Notes: generated by a model from the letters alone, not told the origin. Counted from the stretch's first letter, positions 47,798 through 58,750 are shown. The stretch: DNA of 64,000 nucleotides from a virus (IMGVR_UViG_3300027808_002667:16300-80299); one strand, 5' to 3'. Translations and numbers: made by a program.

Positions 47798-49407
47798 ATT
47801 TCAATTCTGATAAATTTACTGTTTAAATCAATAACCATTCTACCATCAGTTGATCTTAAAATTCCTGAAGTAATAGTGCCAGCATTTTGAGAAACTTCAG
47901 ATAATGCGTTTGCCGTTACTGTAACACCGGTAAAAATATTTGCAACTAATTGAGATCTAGTAATAGTACCACTTACAATTTTTGTTCCACTAACAGAATT
48001 GCTTGCAATTTCGGTTCCTGTTATTGAACCAGGTTGTATTTTGCCAGAAGTAACTGCGTTTGTTCCTAATTTAATAGATGTAACAGCCCCACTAGCTAAT
48101 TCTCTTGTTGTAACAGTATTGCTTACTAATTTTTCTCCGGTAATAATATTGGCTAAAATTTTAGATGTTATAACTGCGTTAGATGCTAATTCTGTACTAC
48201 CTACTTGTCCTGCATTTAAAACAATATTTGTTACAGTACCACTTACGCCTGGGGAATAAAAATCCCAACTGGTTTTAGTTGTATTTAAAATATAGCTAGT
48301 ACCACCTACAATAATTAAATCGCCAGGGTTGTATAATGTTACATCTGATGGCAATGATGCTAATGTTCTAACTCTTGCTGTGCCAGTATTTGCTGTAAAT
48401 TGTTGTATTGTATTCCAACCACCAGAATAGATATATAACCCCGGATCTATACCAGATGTTTTTCTAAACAATTCAAACGCGTTTGCTGTTGCAGGTAACG
48501 ATCCACCTGCAGAAATTCCGCCACCTGTACCAGAAGAACTAGAAATATAGTCGCTTAGATTTTTCCAAGCGCCACCAATAAAGATATATGCAATTGTCCC
48601 TACTACAACTGTTCTACCTAAATAATTTCCTGCATCACCAACTACTGGTAATGAAACTAAAACTTCTAAACCTGACGGTGCGCTAGATGTTATAACACTT
48701 GATAATGTTTTCCATTGACCAGAAATAAACAAATACGGTTTGGCATTTGCTGTTTCATAGAAGACGGTGCCTTCTGGTGCTGTTTGAGGTTTAACCGCAC
48801 CTATAGCAAATGCAGTATCGCCTCTAAATCTTACCCATCTAGAATCAGAACCAGCCAATCTTGCAATTGCAGAATCTGCCGGCAATCCTGTACCATTTCC
48901 TGTGGGGTATTTAGAATAGACCCAAACATCTCCAGAATTGAATACTATTCTACCCTCATAGTTACCCAATGACGGCAAAGAAGAAACTACAGGAATACCA
49001 TTAACAGTTACATTCGCAGTACCGGATCCAGTAACAACAGTAATGTTTGCGCCACTTACGCCGCCAGTAAATGCGGCTAATCTAGCTAACACATAATCTT
49101 GTGTTGCCAATTCATTTGTGTACCATTTAATAGTACCGTTCTCATTTAATATTAGAGAATCTGCGCCGTTTAAAGAAAAGCCAATAACACCAGAGGCTTG
49201 TCTGTACATTCCGGTGTCTTTATCGCCTTGCCAAGTATAACCCGGTAATATTTTAGAATCAGATCCATGTCCTACAACCTGCCCGCCAGTATAAAGCGAA
49301 TTAAAATTGTCGTTTACTTTGATGAAGGCATCGCGAAGTAAATCGCCGTCTCCGCTATTAGGTGTTGTTCCTACAAGAACATTTGGTAGATTTTTTGGGG
49401 CAGCCAT
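47794..49407 (-). CDS. Tail fibre protein
   Basis: N-terminal attachment motif VGTTPNSGDGDLLRDAFIKVNDNF; C-terminal 10-aa repeats (ITGEKLVSNT, VTTRELASGA, VTSIKLGTNA...). Confidence 0.75.
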   Translation of the reverse strand: MAAPKNLPNVLVGTTPNSGDGDLLRDAFIKVNDNFNSLYTGGQVVGHGSDSKILPGYTWQGDKDTGMYRQASGVIGFSLNGADSLILNENGTIKWYTNELATQDYVLARLAAFTGGVSGANITVVTGSGTANVTVNGIPVVSSLPSLGNYEGRIVFNSGDVWVYSKYPTGNGTGLPADSAIARLAGSDSRWVRFRGDTAFAIGAVKPQTAPEGTVFYETANAKPYLFISGQWKTLSSVITSSAPSGLEVLVSLPVVGDAGNYLGRTVVVGTIAYIFIGGAWKNLSDYISSSSGTGGGISAGGSLPATANAFELFRKTSGIDPGLYIYSGGWNTIQQFTANTGTARVRTLASLPSDVTLYNPGDLIIVGGTSYILNTTKTSWDFYSPGVSGTVTNIVLNAGQVGSTELASNAVITSKILANIITGEKLVSNTVTTRELASGAVTSIKLGTNAVTSGKIQPGSITGTEIASNSVSGTKIVSGTITRSQLVANIFTGVTVTANALSEVSQNAGTITSGILRSTDGRMVIDLNSKFIRIEI

Positions 49408-49411
49408 ATGG

Positions 49412-49618
49412 TTAACTTAAATTTAAATGGTTTTTAATTTTATCAATTTCCGCTTTTAACATATTTATTTCGTCTTTCATATCCTGAATTAGTTTGGTCT
49501 GTTTTCTTTTTTGCTTGTACTCAATTAAAGCATGAGTATTAGTATTAAGAATTGCAGAACTTGCTGGGTCTACAACATACCCAGGATCGTTTTCTACGGG
49601 AATATATCTTGAATTCAT
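49412..49618 (-). CDS. Small conserved T4-like protein
   Basis: YIPVENDPGYVVDPASSAILNTN followed by a coiled coil. Confidence 0.55.
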   Translation of the reverse strand: MNSRYIPVENDPGYVVDPASSAILNTNTHALIEYKQKRKQTKLIQDMKDEINMLKAEIDKIKNHLNLS

Positions 49619-49619
49619 T

Positions 49620-51338
49620 TTATAATAATGAAGTTGCTACTAAGTTTTTAATCTTAGGTAAATAAACTGGATTGTTTGCGTAGAACACTATCTTAACTTG
49701 ATAATTTGCAAAAGTTTCATATGTGGACGTTATTGCAACATTTGAAACTAAGTTTGCAGAGTTTGAATATGTCAAAGCTGGTTCTAATAGTCTGTATGTT
49801 TCTTCAGTAAATAAATCGTCATTTGTCCCCGCATACGATTTACTCACAGGTGAAACCAATGGAAGTTTAATAAAAGGTCTTGTCTGTATACCGCCAACAA
49901 AACTTTTATCGTTTCTAGATAAAACTCTAACAAAAACTTCGATATCTGTACCAATTTTTCTATTGACATTTACCTTTACTTCCATCCCAGTGGAGTCAAA
50001 TTGGTCTGCAAGCGATACAACTTTACTAATATATCTTGCCTGTGCTGTTCCGTGATTTGCAGCCAACTCAGATGTAGAAATATCTGTACTATAAGGCAAT
50101 ACGTTGTTTCTAAATATTTGAGCTTTCATCAACTGTTTATCTAAGAATGGCGCAACATCTTTAGATTTTGTTGTCAATGAAACTTCTAATTTTAAATCGC
50201 CCTTGTCTTTTAAAGATTGTCTTCCTGTTAAATTTAATTCCGAACCAGGAATAATATCGGTAAATTTTGTTTTATCTCTGGAGTTAGTATCTTCAGTTGT
50301 TTGTATTTTATACGTAACTTTTGCTGTATCACCCAACGCAATTTCTGTACTTAACAAACGAATTCTATTATAATCTATTTCAGCAAGAGCCGGCGTTGTC
50401 ATTTCAAAAGTTACTGTACCAGGATCAAATTTTGCTTTACCTAACATAAAAGTCAAATCTTCATTTTCATCACCCAACCAGTCTGTAGTATTTTGTGCTT
50501 TAAATAATCTACCAGCAAACGGTTGCTTAACTGTTTTACCATCACCTGTTTTTGCAGACAATAATTGATACTTGTCTGATTTAGTATATACACAGAATGC
50601 ATATTCGCCAGGTTTCAAATATATTGGATGAGCAAAACCAAATGTTGTTGCTTTTGCTCCGACCGTTGCATCATATACATTTACATCCGCCGGTACTTTT
50701 GAAGATGTCGTGCCAGACATATATTCTGTTGTGGACGGTTTGCTACCAGACATAGGTCTCAATTCTATACTTACAGGTAACTTATCGTCTTTAGTATAAA
50801 AGAATAAATTAATGTAAGTTAAAACAATGCCCAATGGATACGTGCCTGCATCTATTGTAAATGTTTGAGATAACGGATCCAATCTTTTCTGAGTATTATT
50901 GGGATCTGCCGAAGATCCCAATGGAGAAGTTCTAAATTTTTCTGTTGTTCTTAGTGCAATTGTACCACCTTGTTCTGGATCTACGATATTTAATCCATGA
51001 TTCATTAAGGTGGTTTCAGAAATATACTTACATTTTTCTATACCATCTGCACTATCACCAAATGTTAGACGAATCTCACCAACATTGAATTTAAATTTGC
51101 CTTCGGTACTGGGGATATACACAAAACCAAGTGCACTACCCAATTGATCAGTAGTAATAGTATCACCTAATAATGCACCAGATGTTACCGGTGCGGTAAA
51201 AGGTGTAATATTAACCCCGTTCACATAAGTATAAATTTTTATACCCGGTGGCATCTGCGCCACCGTAAAAGACATAACCTCGGATCCTGCGTAGATTGGT
51301 ATTTCCGCATCTCTGGTTGATGTTATATTTGTCGCCAT
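49620..51338 (-). CDS. Baseplate/virion structural protein, C-terminal half of a DUF4815/VrlC-like protein
   Basis: DPLSQTF, FAHPIYLKPGEY, QPFAGRLFKAQN..W...EDLTF and ARYISKVVSL. Confidence 0.7.
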   Translation of the reverse strand: MATNITSTRDAEIPIYAGSEVMSFTVAQMPPGIKIYTYVNGVNITPFTAPVTSGALLGDTITTDQLGSALGFVYIPSTEGKFKFNVGEIRLTFGDSADGIEKCKYISETTLMNHGLNIVDPEQGGTIALRTTEKFRTSPLGSSADPNNTQKRLDPLSQTFTIDAGTYPLGIVLTYINLFFYTKDDKLPVSIELRPMSGSKPSTTEYMSGTTSSKVPADVNVYDATVGAKATTFGFAHPIYLKPGEYAFCVYTKSDKYQLLSAKTGDGKTVKQPFAGRLFKAQNTTDWLGDENEDLTFMLGKAKFDPGTVTFEMTTPALAEIDYNRIRLLSTEIALGDTAKVTYKIQTTEDTNSRDKTKFTDIIPGSELNLTGRQSLKDKGDLKLEVSLTTKSKDVAPFLDKQLMKAQIFRNNVLPYSTDISTSELAANHGTAQARYISKVVSLADQFDSTGMEVKVNVNRKIGTDIEVFVRVLSRNDKSFVGGIQTRPFIKLPLVSPVSKSYAGTNDDLFTEETYRLLEPALTYSNSANLVSNVAITSTYETFANYQVKIVFYANNPVYLPKIKNLVATSLL

Positions 51339-51339
51339 A

Positions 51340-54300
51340 TTAAATTCCTACTAAAGAATAGTTTACTGATTTATAACCGTTGCTCTCAATTTGGACAGCT
51401 TTAGGATAACGCTTTTCAACTTCGCGAGCCATATACCCTTCAAACACTCCGTGTCCCGCAATATCTTTGAATTCTTTTCTATATTCATATTGATATAGAT
51501 TTAATCCGTTTGGCATTTTTCTAACAAATTTAACGTTTGTTTTCATTCTTTCATCTGAGAATAATTTTTTAATGCCTTTCCAAACAGCTTTTACTACTTT
51601 AACTGCAACATACGCAACAGCAACAACAGCAACAACTTGAATAAGTACTGGTGCAGTACTAATATATGCAGCAAAAGTTGAAGCACTACTAGCAATTGCC
51701 GCAGTTACACTTCCCAAAATAGGTACACCGGTTGTTGCTGCAGCTAATGCACTTGCTCCTTGTGCAATTCCAGCAAAGACGAACGTTGCAGCACCCCCTA
51801 CAAGTTGTGTTAGTCCTGTTTGTAAACCCGATAATGTACTAGTAAAAGGTTGATTAAAAATGTTTCCTAGTGTTCCGGTTAAACTTGATACCCCAGCTTG
51901 AAATCCCGCAGCGCCCGAAGCTAGAAGTTGACTATTTAATGCATTTATAGCAGCAAATGCACCAGAGCCACCTGCGGTTGCGCTGGCTACTACAGTATTG
52001 GAGCCAGGTAACCAATCCGCTACAAATCTAGCTAGTCCATCTTTTATATATGTAAAACCAGAATTTACAAATTTAGATAGACCATCTATAGAACTTACTG
52101 CGTCAACAAAACTTAAACCAACATCTCGAACAGCACCCCACGCTACAGATAATACACTTTCTCCAAGATATGCTGCATGAAAGGCGGATCCCCCAGTAAC
52201 AGCGCCCGCTGCTACAAGACTATATGCTGAAATTATTTTTGCTGCAACTAAACCACCAAATAATAACAATCCGCCAGTTAACCACATATTAATATTAAAA
52301 GAATTTTTCTTTGAAATTTCTGCTCTACCCACACCATCATTAATAGCACCAGGGTTAACATTAATAACACTATTTGCCTCTAATTGTGATGCAAATACTT
52401 CATTGACATATTTCATAGTAATAAGATCATTTATTTCTAAAATGTCTATATCTGCTACCACATTTAAATCTATATTGTATACTGCAAAACCAGGGAAACA
52501 TTCTTGCTCGTCAGTATCAACAGCAACACCAAAATAACCACTTGTGAGATCTGCTTTATCGGTACCGGTAAAATCCTCAACTAAAATACCAGATTTCAAC
52601 AATGTATCACCGTTGTCATTTGTAACAATAGATCTCAAATTTGCAATTTCAATACTTTGTAATTTTACTGCTTTATCTAAATTAATTGTAAGAGTTTCAA
52701 TTTTACCTATGTCGCGCATAGTGAAACGCTTATTATCATCATATGTTATTTTAACATCAAAAGAACTTGTTGCATATGGTGGTACTTCTAAAACTGCAAG
52801 ACTCAATTTGCTAATATCTGAGATATCGTCAATTTCTTTTGGATTTGCAGATTCGACGCCTTGTTGTACATAGAATTTATTATATGGAGAATTATAATTT
52901 TGCAAGGTATTAGTTATATAAATTCTATCTTTTCTGCCAAGATAATAAGTAACATCTGCTTCAGTATTTACTGTGGATGTTGGTATAATTGAAGAATCAA
53001 AATTATAATATGGACTATCATCAATTCTTCTCGGTCTAAAATCTATCACATCTCTCAGATTAAATTCATTTGAATCAACAACCGATCTATAAGTGGGTAT
53101 TCTAGAATAATAAGAGGAAGGATATGATTGTACTGTAGCTGGCCCTTCACCTGAATGTGTGAAATAATCAAATAATACTAAAACATTTCCTGGAGGATTT
53201 GTGGCAGAAATAAATTTAACAGTACCGTGATCATAGAAAGTATCTGTTTGACCATTATTAAGAATATAATTCGAGGTAGTCTCAGGATTTAACGACGTCC
53301 ATGAATTGGCATTTATTGGAGAAACATTAGACGATGGCGCAATTGCAACATACGCTGTACTATCTAAAGTTACTATATCATTATAATTATATGATGTTGT
53401 AGATACCCAAGAACCAAGATATTTTTCAACATTTGTTAATGCATATAAATTCTTAAATACTGTAATATCAGATTTTCCTAAAGAATAAGCATAATCAGCT
53501 AGTGCAATATTTACAATTTTTGCATGATTTTCAACTAAAGTTTTTGTTCTTGGTTGTAAATCATCACTTTCAATTTTTAAAGATACATCCGCAATACCTG
53601 TGAATGAAGGGTCATTCATATTAATGGTTAGTGTGGCAGAATCGCCTGCAATTGTTGTTGTGCCTCTTTCAAAATTATAAGCACCTATGTTTGTATTAGA
53701 TGTTTCTCCACTTTTTACCAACACAATAAAGTTTGTTCTTGCAGTACTTGAAGGAATTATACCATCACCTAATGCAAATGTTTCTGGTACAGACAATGTC
53801 TTAGAAAACACACCGGAACTAAACACAGCATTAGTAAAAACTCTTATGTATTCAGTTCTAATAGTATCAACATTTTTTACATATGTTTTATTAATGGGAA
53901 ATAACAGTCGTTCTGCTGGTCTATTAGAATCAAATATTGTAGTTACGCCAGATGTAGCAATACCATCACTTGCAATATCTGCATAGAAGAAAGGTGTAGA
54001 ATATGTGGCTGAAGTGCCATGTGATGTAAGGCCGTTTGATACACCGATAACACTTCGTATGTGTTTTACGTTAACCAAACCATCATAGAATGGACTACCA
54101 TTTTCAACTTGTAAAAATGATTTAACATTAGTTAATGCTCTAGGTTTATCTGTTGGATCGGCGGTAGGTGAAGATACTGCCGCAACTACCTCGGCCTTGA
54201 CTTTTTCAATGTCTTTATTATTATTGATCCAACGATTATACCAATAGTATACACCGCCAGTATCAGGTTCTCTGAATAATCCATAATACGGAGTATTTGC

Positions 54301-55974
54301 TGGTCCATATCGCCCGAAAAGTTCATTTGACGTATAAATTACGTTTGCAATATATTGCCCATCGGCAACCGATGCTTTATATTTTGTAGACCAATCTGTC
54401 CATGTTGCAGGAACTTCTTTTACCGGAGAATATAAGTTATAGAATAATTTATATTGAGGTGCAACATTAACACCTCCGATATAACTGTCATATTCAATGT
54501 TTTTATATGCAAGCGTACCAATTAGTGTATTTGCGCTTGTTGGATTTTTCACACTATGCAATTCTAAAAATATTGAGCTTGCAGTTAGTTCTGTAGGTGA
54601 AATAATCTTATACTGCAAATTAGCTAATTTAAAATAATTACCCTGTGTAGTATTAATATTATAACCAGTCTTTGTTTCTGTCAAAGTAGACTTAGGAACA
54701 GAAACTTCTGTAGCACCTACAGTTCTTACTGGCAATCCCCCGACATATGCTTTGCCCTCAGATATAGAGAATTTTAAATCCGTATCTGTTTCTAACCCAA
54801 GAGTTGGTGAGATTTTAAATTGATTTACTACATAGCTTCCAGATTCATCATATGTTCGTTCTGCTAATTTTTTATCTAAATCGGCATCTGCAGTTAATTC
54901 TGCAAGGAATTCAATCTGTCCTTTATTGTAATTTAATAAAGGAATTACATCGCCGGCAACGGCGGTTTCAACTTTACCGTCTTCATTAACGTCTAAACTT
55001 ACAAGGTTTAGATCTACTTTTAATCTATCAGCGCCAGTTGCAAAATAATTTGAACTACCAAACGCAGGATCTAATAATGTAGTATCATCCTCGCTTGTAA
55101 TAATTTGTTGATCACTTAAATAACCAACCAATTTTGTTGGATATGCTGTTTTTTTATCCGGTACAATTCTTTGTAATGATGCTTTAACAAAAAATCCATA
55201 TTTGTAAAAGATTGCATCATCCTGTGATACTATAGTTGTTGGATTTGTTGGTTTGGTTACATAAGCAACATTTTGCCCACCAATAACAACATCCGGTGCA
55301 TCACTAATTTCTATTTCTAAAGTATTTACAATTTTAGTGACATACAGTTTCTTTGTTATAGAAGGATGTACTAATAAATCACCTACTTCAATAATTGTAC
55401 TTGGGTTTGTTAGTACAACCGTTTTAGAAAATTGTTTAAGTGTAGATATTGCATTTTTTGTAATATCGGTTTCGGTAATTGCAGTGTAGCTGGGTATTGC
55501 TTTGTTTAAAGCATCAGTGTAATCAGTATAAAAATACAGCTCGTCATTTTCTGCAAACATACCATCATTTACTATATTGAATTTCTTTAAAGAAATAACA
55601 ATACTAATAGGGTCACCTAAATTAGGATCGTCTGCTTCATACACAAACTCTACATATCCTAAAACTTCCGATGTTGCCGTAGTAACATACGTGTTTAATA
55701 AATTTGAAACAGTAATTGGTGTGCCGCGTGAATCTGTATTTTTTAGACGAATTGTTCTTGCATCAAGATTTACCGACGGGGCAGGTCCTGAAACTTTACT
55801 ACCATCTTTGAATAGAAAATTACCTACAGACTTAATTTGATTTTGTAATATTGTTTGAGATTGTGTTAGTTCTCTTGCTTGTACTGCAACACCGGGTTTG
55901 AATAACACTCGAACGAAGTTTTTATCTTCATCGAAGTCATCAAAGTATGGTGAAACATTTGTTAATACAGTCAT
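51340..55974 (-). CDS. Large baseplate protein (DUF4815/VrlC-like N-terminal half) with a hydrophobic domain and a C-terminal peptidase S74-like domain
   Basis: SPYFDDFDEDKNFVRVLFKPGVAVQARELTQ, ERTYDESGSY, DFRPR and RFTMRDIG; C-terminal FSDERMKTNV..GLNLYQYEY..GYMAREVE. Confidence 0.8.
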   Translation of the reverse strand: MTVLTNVSPYFDDFDEDKNFVRVLFKPGVAVQARELTQSQTILQNQIKSVGNFLFKDGSKVSGPAPSVNLDARTIRLKNTDSRGTPITVSNLLNTYVTTATSEVLGYVEFVYEADDPNLGDPISIVISLKKFNIVNDGMFAENDELYFYTDYTDALNKAIPSYTAITETDITKNAISTLKQFSKTVVLTNPSTIIEVGDLLVHPSITKKLYVTKIVNTLEIEISDAPDVVIGGQNVAYVTKPTNPTTIVSQDDAIFYKYGFFVKASLQRIVPDKKTAYPTKLVGYLSDQQIITSEDDTTLLDPAFGSSNYFATGADRLKVDLNLVSLDVNEDGKVETAVAGDVIPLLNYNKGQIEFLAELTADADLDKKLAERTYDESGSYVVNQFKISPTLGLETDTDLKFSISEGKAYVGGLPVRTVGATEVSVPKSTLTETKTGYNINTTQGNYFKLANLQYKIISPTELTASSIFLELHSVKNPTSANTLIGTLAYKNIEYDSYIGGVNVAPQYKLFYNLYSPVKEVPATWTDWSTKYKASVADGQYIANVIYTSNELFGRYGPANTPYYGLFREPDTGGVYYWYNRWINNNKDIEKVKAEVVAAVSSPTADPTDKPRALTNVKSFLQVENGSPFYDGLVNVKHIRSVIGVSNGLTSHGTSATYSTPFFYADIASDGIATSGVTTIFDSNRPAERLLFPINKTYVKNVDTIRTEYIRVFTNAVFSSGVFSKTLSVPETFALGDGIIPSSTARTNFIVLVKSGETSNTNIGAYNFERGTTTIAGDSATLTINMNDPSFTGIADVSLKIESDDLQPRTKTLVENHAKIVNIALADYAYSLGKSDITVFKNLYALTNVEKYLGSWVSTTSYNYNDIVTLDSTAYVAIAPSSNVSPINANSWTSLNPETTSNYILNNGQTDTFYDHGTVKFISATNPPGNVLVLFDYFTHSGEGPATVQSYPSSYYSRIPTYRSVVDSNEFNLRDVIDFRPRRIDDSPYYNFDSSIIPTSTVNTEADVTYYLGRKDRIYITNTLQNYNSPYNKFYVQQGVESANPKEIDDISDISKLSLAVLEVPPYATSSFDVKITYDDNKRFTMRDIGKIETLTINLDKAVKLQSIEIANLRSIVTNDNGDTLLKSGILVEDFTGTDKADLTSGYFGVAVDTDEQECFPGFAVYNIDLNVVADIDILEINDLITMKYVNEVFASQLEANSVINVNPGAINDGVGRAEISKKNSFNINMWLTGGLLLFGGLVAAKIISAYSLVAAGAVTGGSAFHAAYLGESVLSVAWGAVRDVGLSFVDAVSSIDGLSKFVNSGFTYIKDGLARFVADWLPGSNTVVASATAGGSGAFAAINALNSQLLASGAAGFQAGVSSLTGTLGNIFNQPFTSTLSGLQTGLTQLVGGAATFVFAGIAQGASALAAATTGVPILGSVTAAIASSASTFAAYISTAPVLIQVVAVVAVAYVAVKVVKAVWKGIKKLFSDERMKTNVKFVRKMPNGLNLYQYEYRKEFKDIAGHGVFEGYMAREVEKRYPKAVQIESNGYKSVNYSLVGI

Positions 55975-55983
55975 ATCTTTTCC

Positions 55984-57282
55984 TTAAAATTCTATTACAA
56001 GATGTAAATTATCTGTTTGATCTATTGTTCTAGTTACGGGGTTTCTATTTTCTAAATAGAGTATTTCGCCTGTATCTTGCATTACTTCTGATGATAATGA
56101 TTGTGTAACTATTGCTGTTGCTCCGGAAGTCCTGCCTATTACAGACTCTCCGATTGTAAATGATTTATAATTTTCTGTTGTCCCAAATGATTGAATATAT
56201 CTAATATATCCGTTTCCTGAAACCACATTTGATGTTACTGCGTAAGCATTTGCCTTACTAGTAATACCAACAAGGTATTCGTTGTTTATAAATGTACCAT
56301 TTACGTTACTTACATTTATACCAACCAATCCAGATAATGTTGCAGCGTTTGCCAAAACGCCACCCGGACTCATTGGATTCTTAACTATACCTACTTTTCT
56401 AAAAGAAAACCCTGTGGGAAAATCTCCATATCCTTCGTTGTATTCTGCTTTTACATTTAACATAACATAATATGCGCCCAATTCTGATACAGGATCATAC
56501 CCGTGACCATTAACAGGACTCAATATTGCTTTAATGTTTGCCAATCTACCTGTGCCTTGATTATCTGAAACATACGCATTTGCAAATCTATATTTTGATC
56601 CAGCATTGGTATATACGAAATCATAGATAACGCCCAAATTTTGTTTGGCTGAAATATTTGCATTTACACCATCGCCTTCAACGGTGACCTTAGAAAATAC
56701 TGAATAATCTAAGCCGCCGTTATAAATTTTAATATTTTCTATAGCACCATCTTTTGCAACTGTTGCAACATCGGGATTTGTTCTTACGGGCATCCAATTG
56801 TCAGTTAAGAACTTTAATTTGTCTGATGTAGATACACTATATAAGTATTTCCACTTATAACTATCAGATGTAGTAAATATATTTAAACTTTTTCCGGTAG
56901 GTTCTACTGTAGATACAGATCCACCTACATTGTCTATACATTTATACACATCAAGATCTCTATTGATAACATAGAAATTCTTTGTTAATAATTCTATGTC
57001 ATCGTGGTCATATTCAGCATATATTGTTTGAGCCGCCCAATTTATACGCTTAATGACATTAACCATATTGGTAGATATTATGCGTTTTAAACTAACAATT
57101 TCATCCCATGTTTTAGAATAATTTTGTTGCGAATCTTTAGGGTCCGGCGGAAAATCGTTAGCGCCCCAGGGGTCGGGTTTTGCTAAGAACATGTATAATG
57201 TGTTTTCTCCGGAAACAGTATAACTGTCCAAGAAACTCTTAGCATTACTGATTTTAAATTTGTTAGTTACTATATTAGGCAT
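55984..57282 (-). CDS. gp8: Baseplate wedge protein gp8
   Basis: YVINRDLDVYKCIDN, DSYKWKYLY and GEILYLENRNPVTR. Confidence 0.9.
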   Translation of the reverse strand: MPNIVTNKFKISNAKSFLDSYTVSGENTLYMFLAKPDPWGANDFPPDPKDSQQNYSKTWDEIVSLKRIISTNMVNVIKRINWAAQTIYAEYDHDDIELLTKNFYVINRDLDVYKCIDNVGGSVSTVEPTGKSLNIFTTSDSYKWKYLYSVSTSDKLKFLTDNWMPVRTNPDVATVAKDGAIENIKIYNGGLDYSVFSKVTVEGDGVNANISAKQNLGVIYDFVYTNAGSKYRFANAYVSDNQGTGRLANIKAILSPVNGHGYDPVSELGAYYVMLNVKAEYNEGYGDFPTGFSFRKVGIVKNPMSPGGVLANAATLSGLVGINVSNVNGTFINNEYLVGITSKANAYAVTSNVVSGNGYIRYIQSFGTTENYKSFTIGESVIGRTSGATAIVTQSLSSEVMQDTGEILYLENRNPVTRTIDQTDNLHLVIEF

Positions 57283-57292
57283 CTATTATTTA

Positions 57293-58750
57293 TTATAAGT
57301 TAAATAGCGATGTTACGGAATCTACTCTCAAATTACTGGATGCACTGCTTGCACGCAATGCAGGATTATCTATAGTGATTGAGGAGAACGTATCTATTTC
57401 TGTATCGTTTGTTACTTTTACTTCCAACGACTTTGCATTATACGGCATTGTTTCATTATTTATTTCGCTAAAAAGACTCAATCCTGCAGGATGTAGTACA
57501 GAGCGAATACTGCTACCCCATTCTTCTATAGACTTCGATGAACGTATAACATACGAAAATGGTTGATAAAATGCAATTGAATCTTCTGTTGCATATTGAG
57601 TCTTACCCTGCAAATACATATTTTCTGATAGTTGTCCCGATGTATCTTTCCAATATGATTTTGCAATAGCCATACCGCCTATATTAGCACGCAATACTGC
57701 GGGATCCAAAAAGCTAAGTATTACATTTCCAGTATGTGTAGCACCCGAAGCTAAATATGTATTTCCCGAATCTATGATTTCAATAATAGTAGATGACGCA
57801 TTCCTATTTGGTATTTCTATATAGAAAAATTCAGATTGCTCAAACAAATAATCGTCTCTAATTTCAAGAGTCAAATTTGCAATGTTTGAACTGATTGCAG
57901 GAAAATACCCATTTAAAGACCCTATTCTATCAAAATCACCTAAACTAATATCTCCTTTTTGCCCTATAATTCTCCAAGGAATTATAGTTCCGTCGGGTAT
58001 ATTTGAGGAAACTAATGTTATAGTGACATTGCTACCTTCAACTACTCTGTTCTTATTTGTTATAAGAGTAAAATCGGGTATAGTCGCAATCGATGTATCT
58101 AATACTGATATTGTACTTGATAATTGTAAAGAATATGGAAAATCTGGATTCAATATTAAAACTATTGTTTCTATTCCCTCAGTTGTCTTATCGTCTAATA
58201 AAGTTAAAGTAACATTTGCTTGCGTTTGATTTGTAGTGCCGGTTGGCAAAAATGTAGCAAGCCCCGTAAGAACACCTTCTGCAATATCATCTGCTTGTAT
58301 ACCAACTATTCTATATGGCACAACTGTACCAGGAGCAAGGTCTACTGCCTTTATAAAGAAGTTAGCATAACTTCCTTCATATATTGCAGAAGAAACTGAT
58401 GTTATGGTAAATTTAACTAAATTGTTTGATGTTGTTTTAGACGTGTCTTTTATAATAATGCCAATATTTTCATTGCCACCGGAAGCAGTCAATCTTAAAA
58501 CAAATGTTTCATCAAATTCTGTTTTTAAATCTTTCTTGGTATCTAAAGTTATTTTGCCTTGATTGCTACGAACATTAAAATTTCCAGACAACGAAGTTAA
58601 CCCGGTAAAATCATCTGTACCTATACCAGTACCCGTAATTGTAAATGGCACCAATGTGTTATTAGGTACGCCGACAGTATCCAATATAATTGTTACATTG
58701 GAACCTTCGTTTACCGTAGATGAAGTTGTTGATAGAGTATACGTTGCCAT
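57293..58750 (-). CDS. gp7-like C-terminal baseplate protein with Calx-beta/Ig-like repeats
   Basis: Three (V/I)xEGS repeats, then FYQPFSYVIRSS..EWGSSIRSVLHPAG (gp7 C-terminal motif). Confidence 0.65.
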   Translation of the reverse strand: MATYTLSTTSSTVNEGSNVTIILDTVGVPNNTLVPFTITGTGIGTDDFTGLTSLSGNFNVRSNQGKITLDTKKDLKTEFDETFVLRLTASGGNENIGIIIKDTSKTTSNNLVKFTITSVSSAIYEGSYANFFIKAVDLAPGTVVPYRIVGIQADDIAEGVLTGLATFLPTGTTNQTQANVTLTLLDDKTTEGIETIVLILNPDFPYSLQLSSTISVLDTSIATIPDFTLITNKNRVVEGSNVTITLVSSNIPDGTIIPWRIIGQKGDISLGDFDRIGSLNGYFPAISSNIANLTLEIRDDYLFEQSEFFYIEIPNRNASSTIIEIIDSGNTYLASGATHTGNVILSFLDPAVLRANIGGMAIAKSYWKDTSGQLSENMYLQGKTQYATEDSIAFYQPFSYVIRSSKSIEEWGSSIRSVLHPAGLSLFSEINNETMPYNAKSLEVKVTNDTEIDTFSSITIDNPALRASSASSNLRVDSVTSLFNL

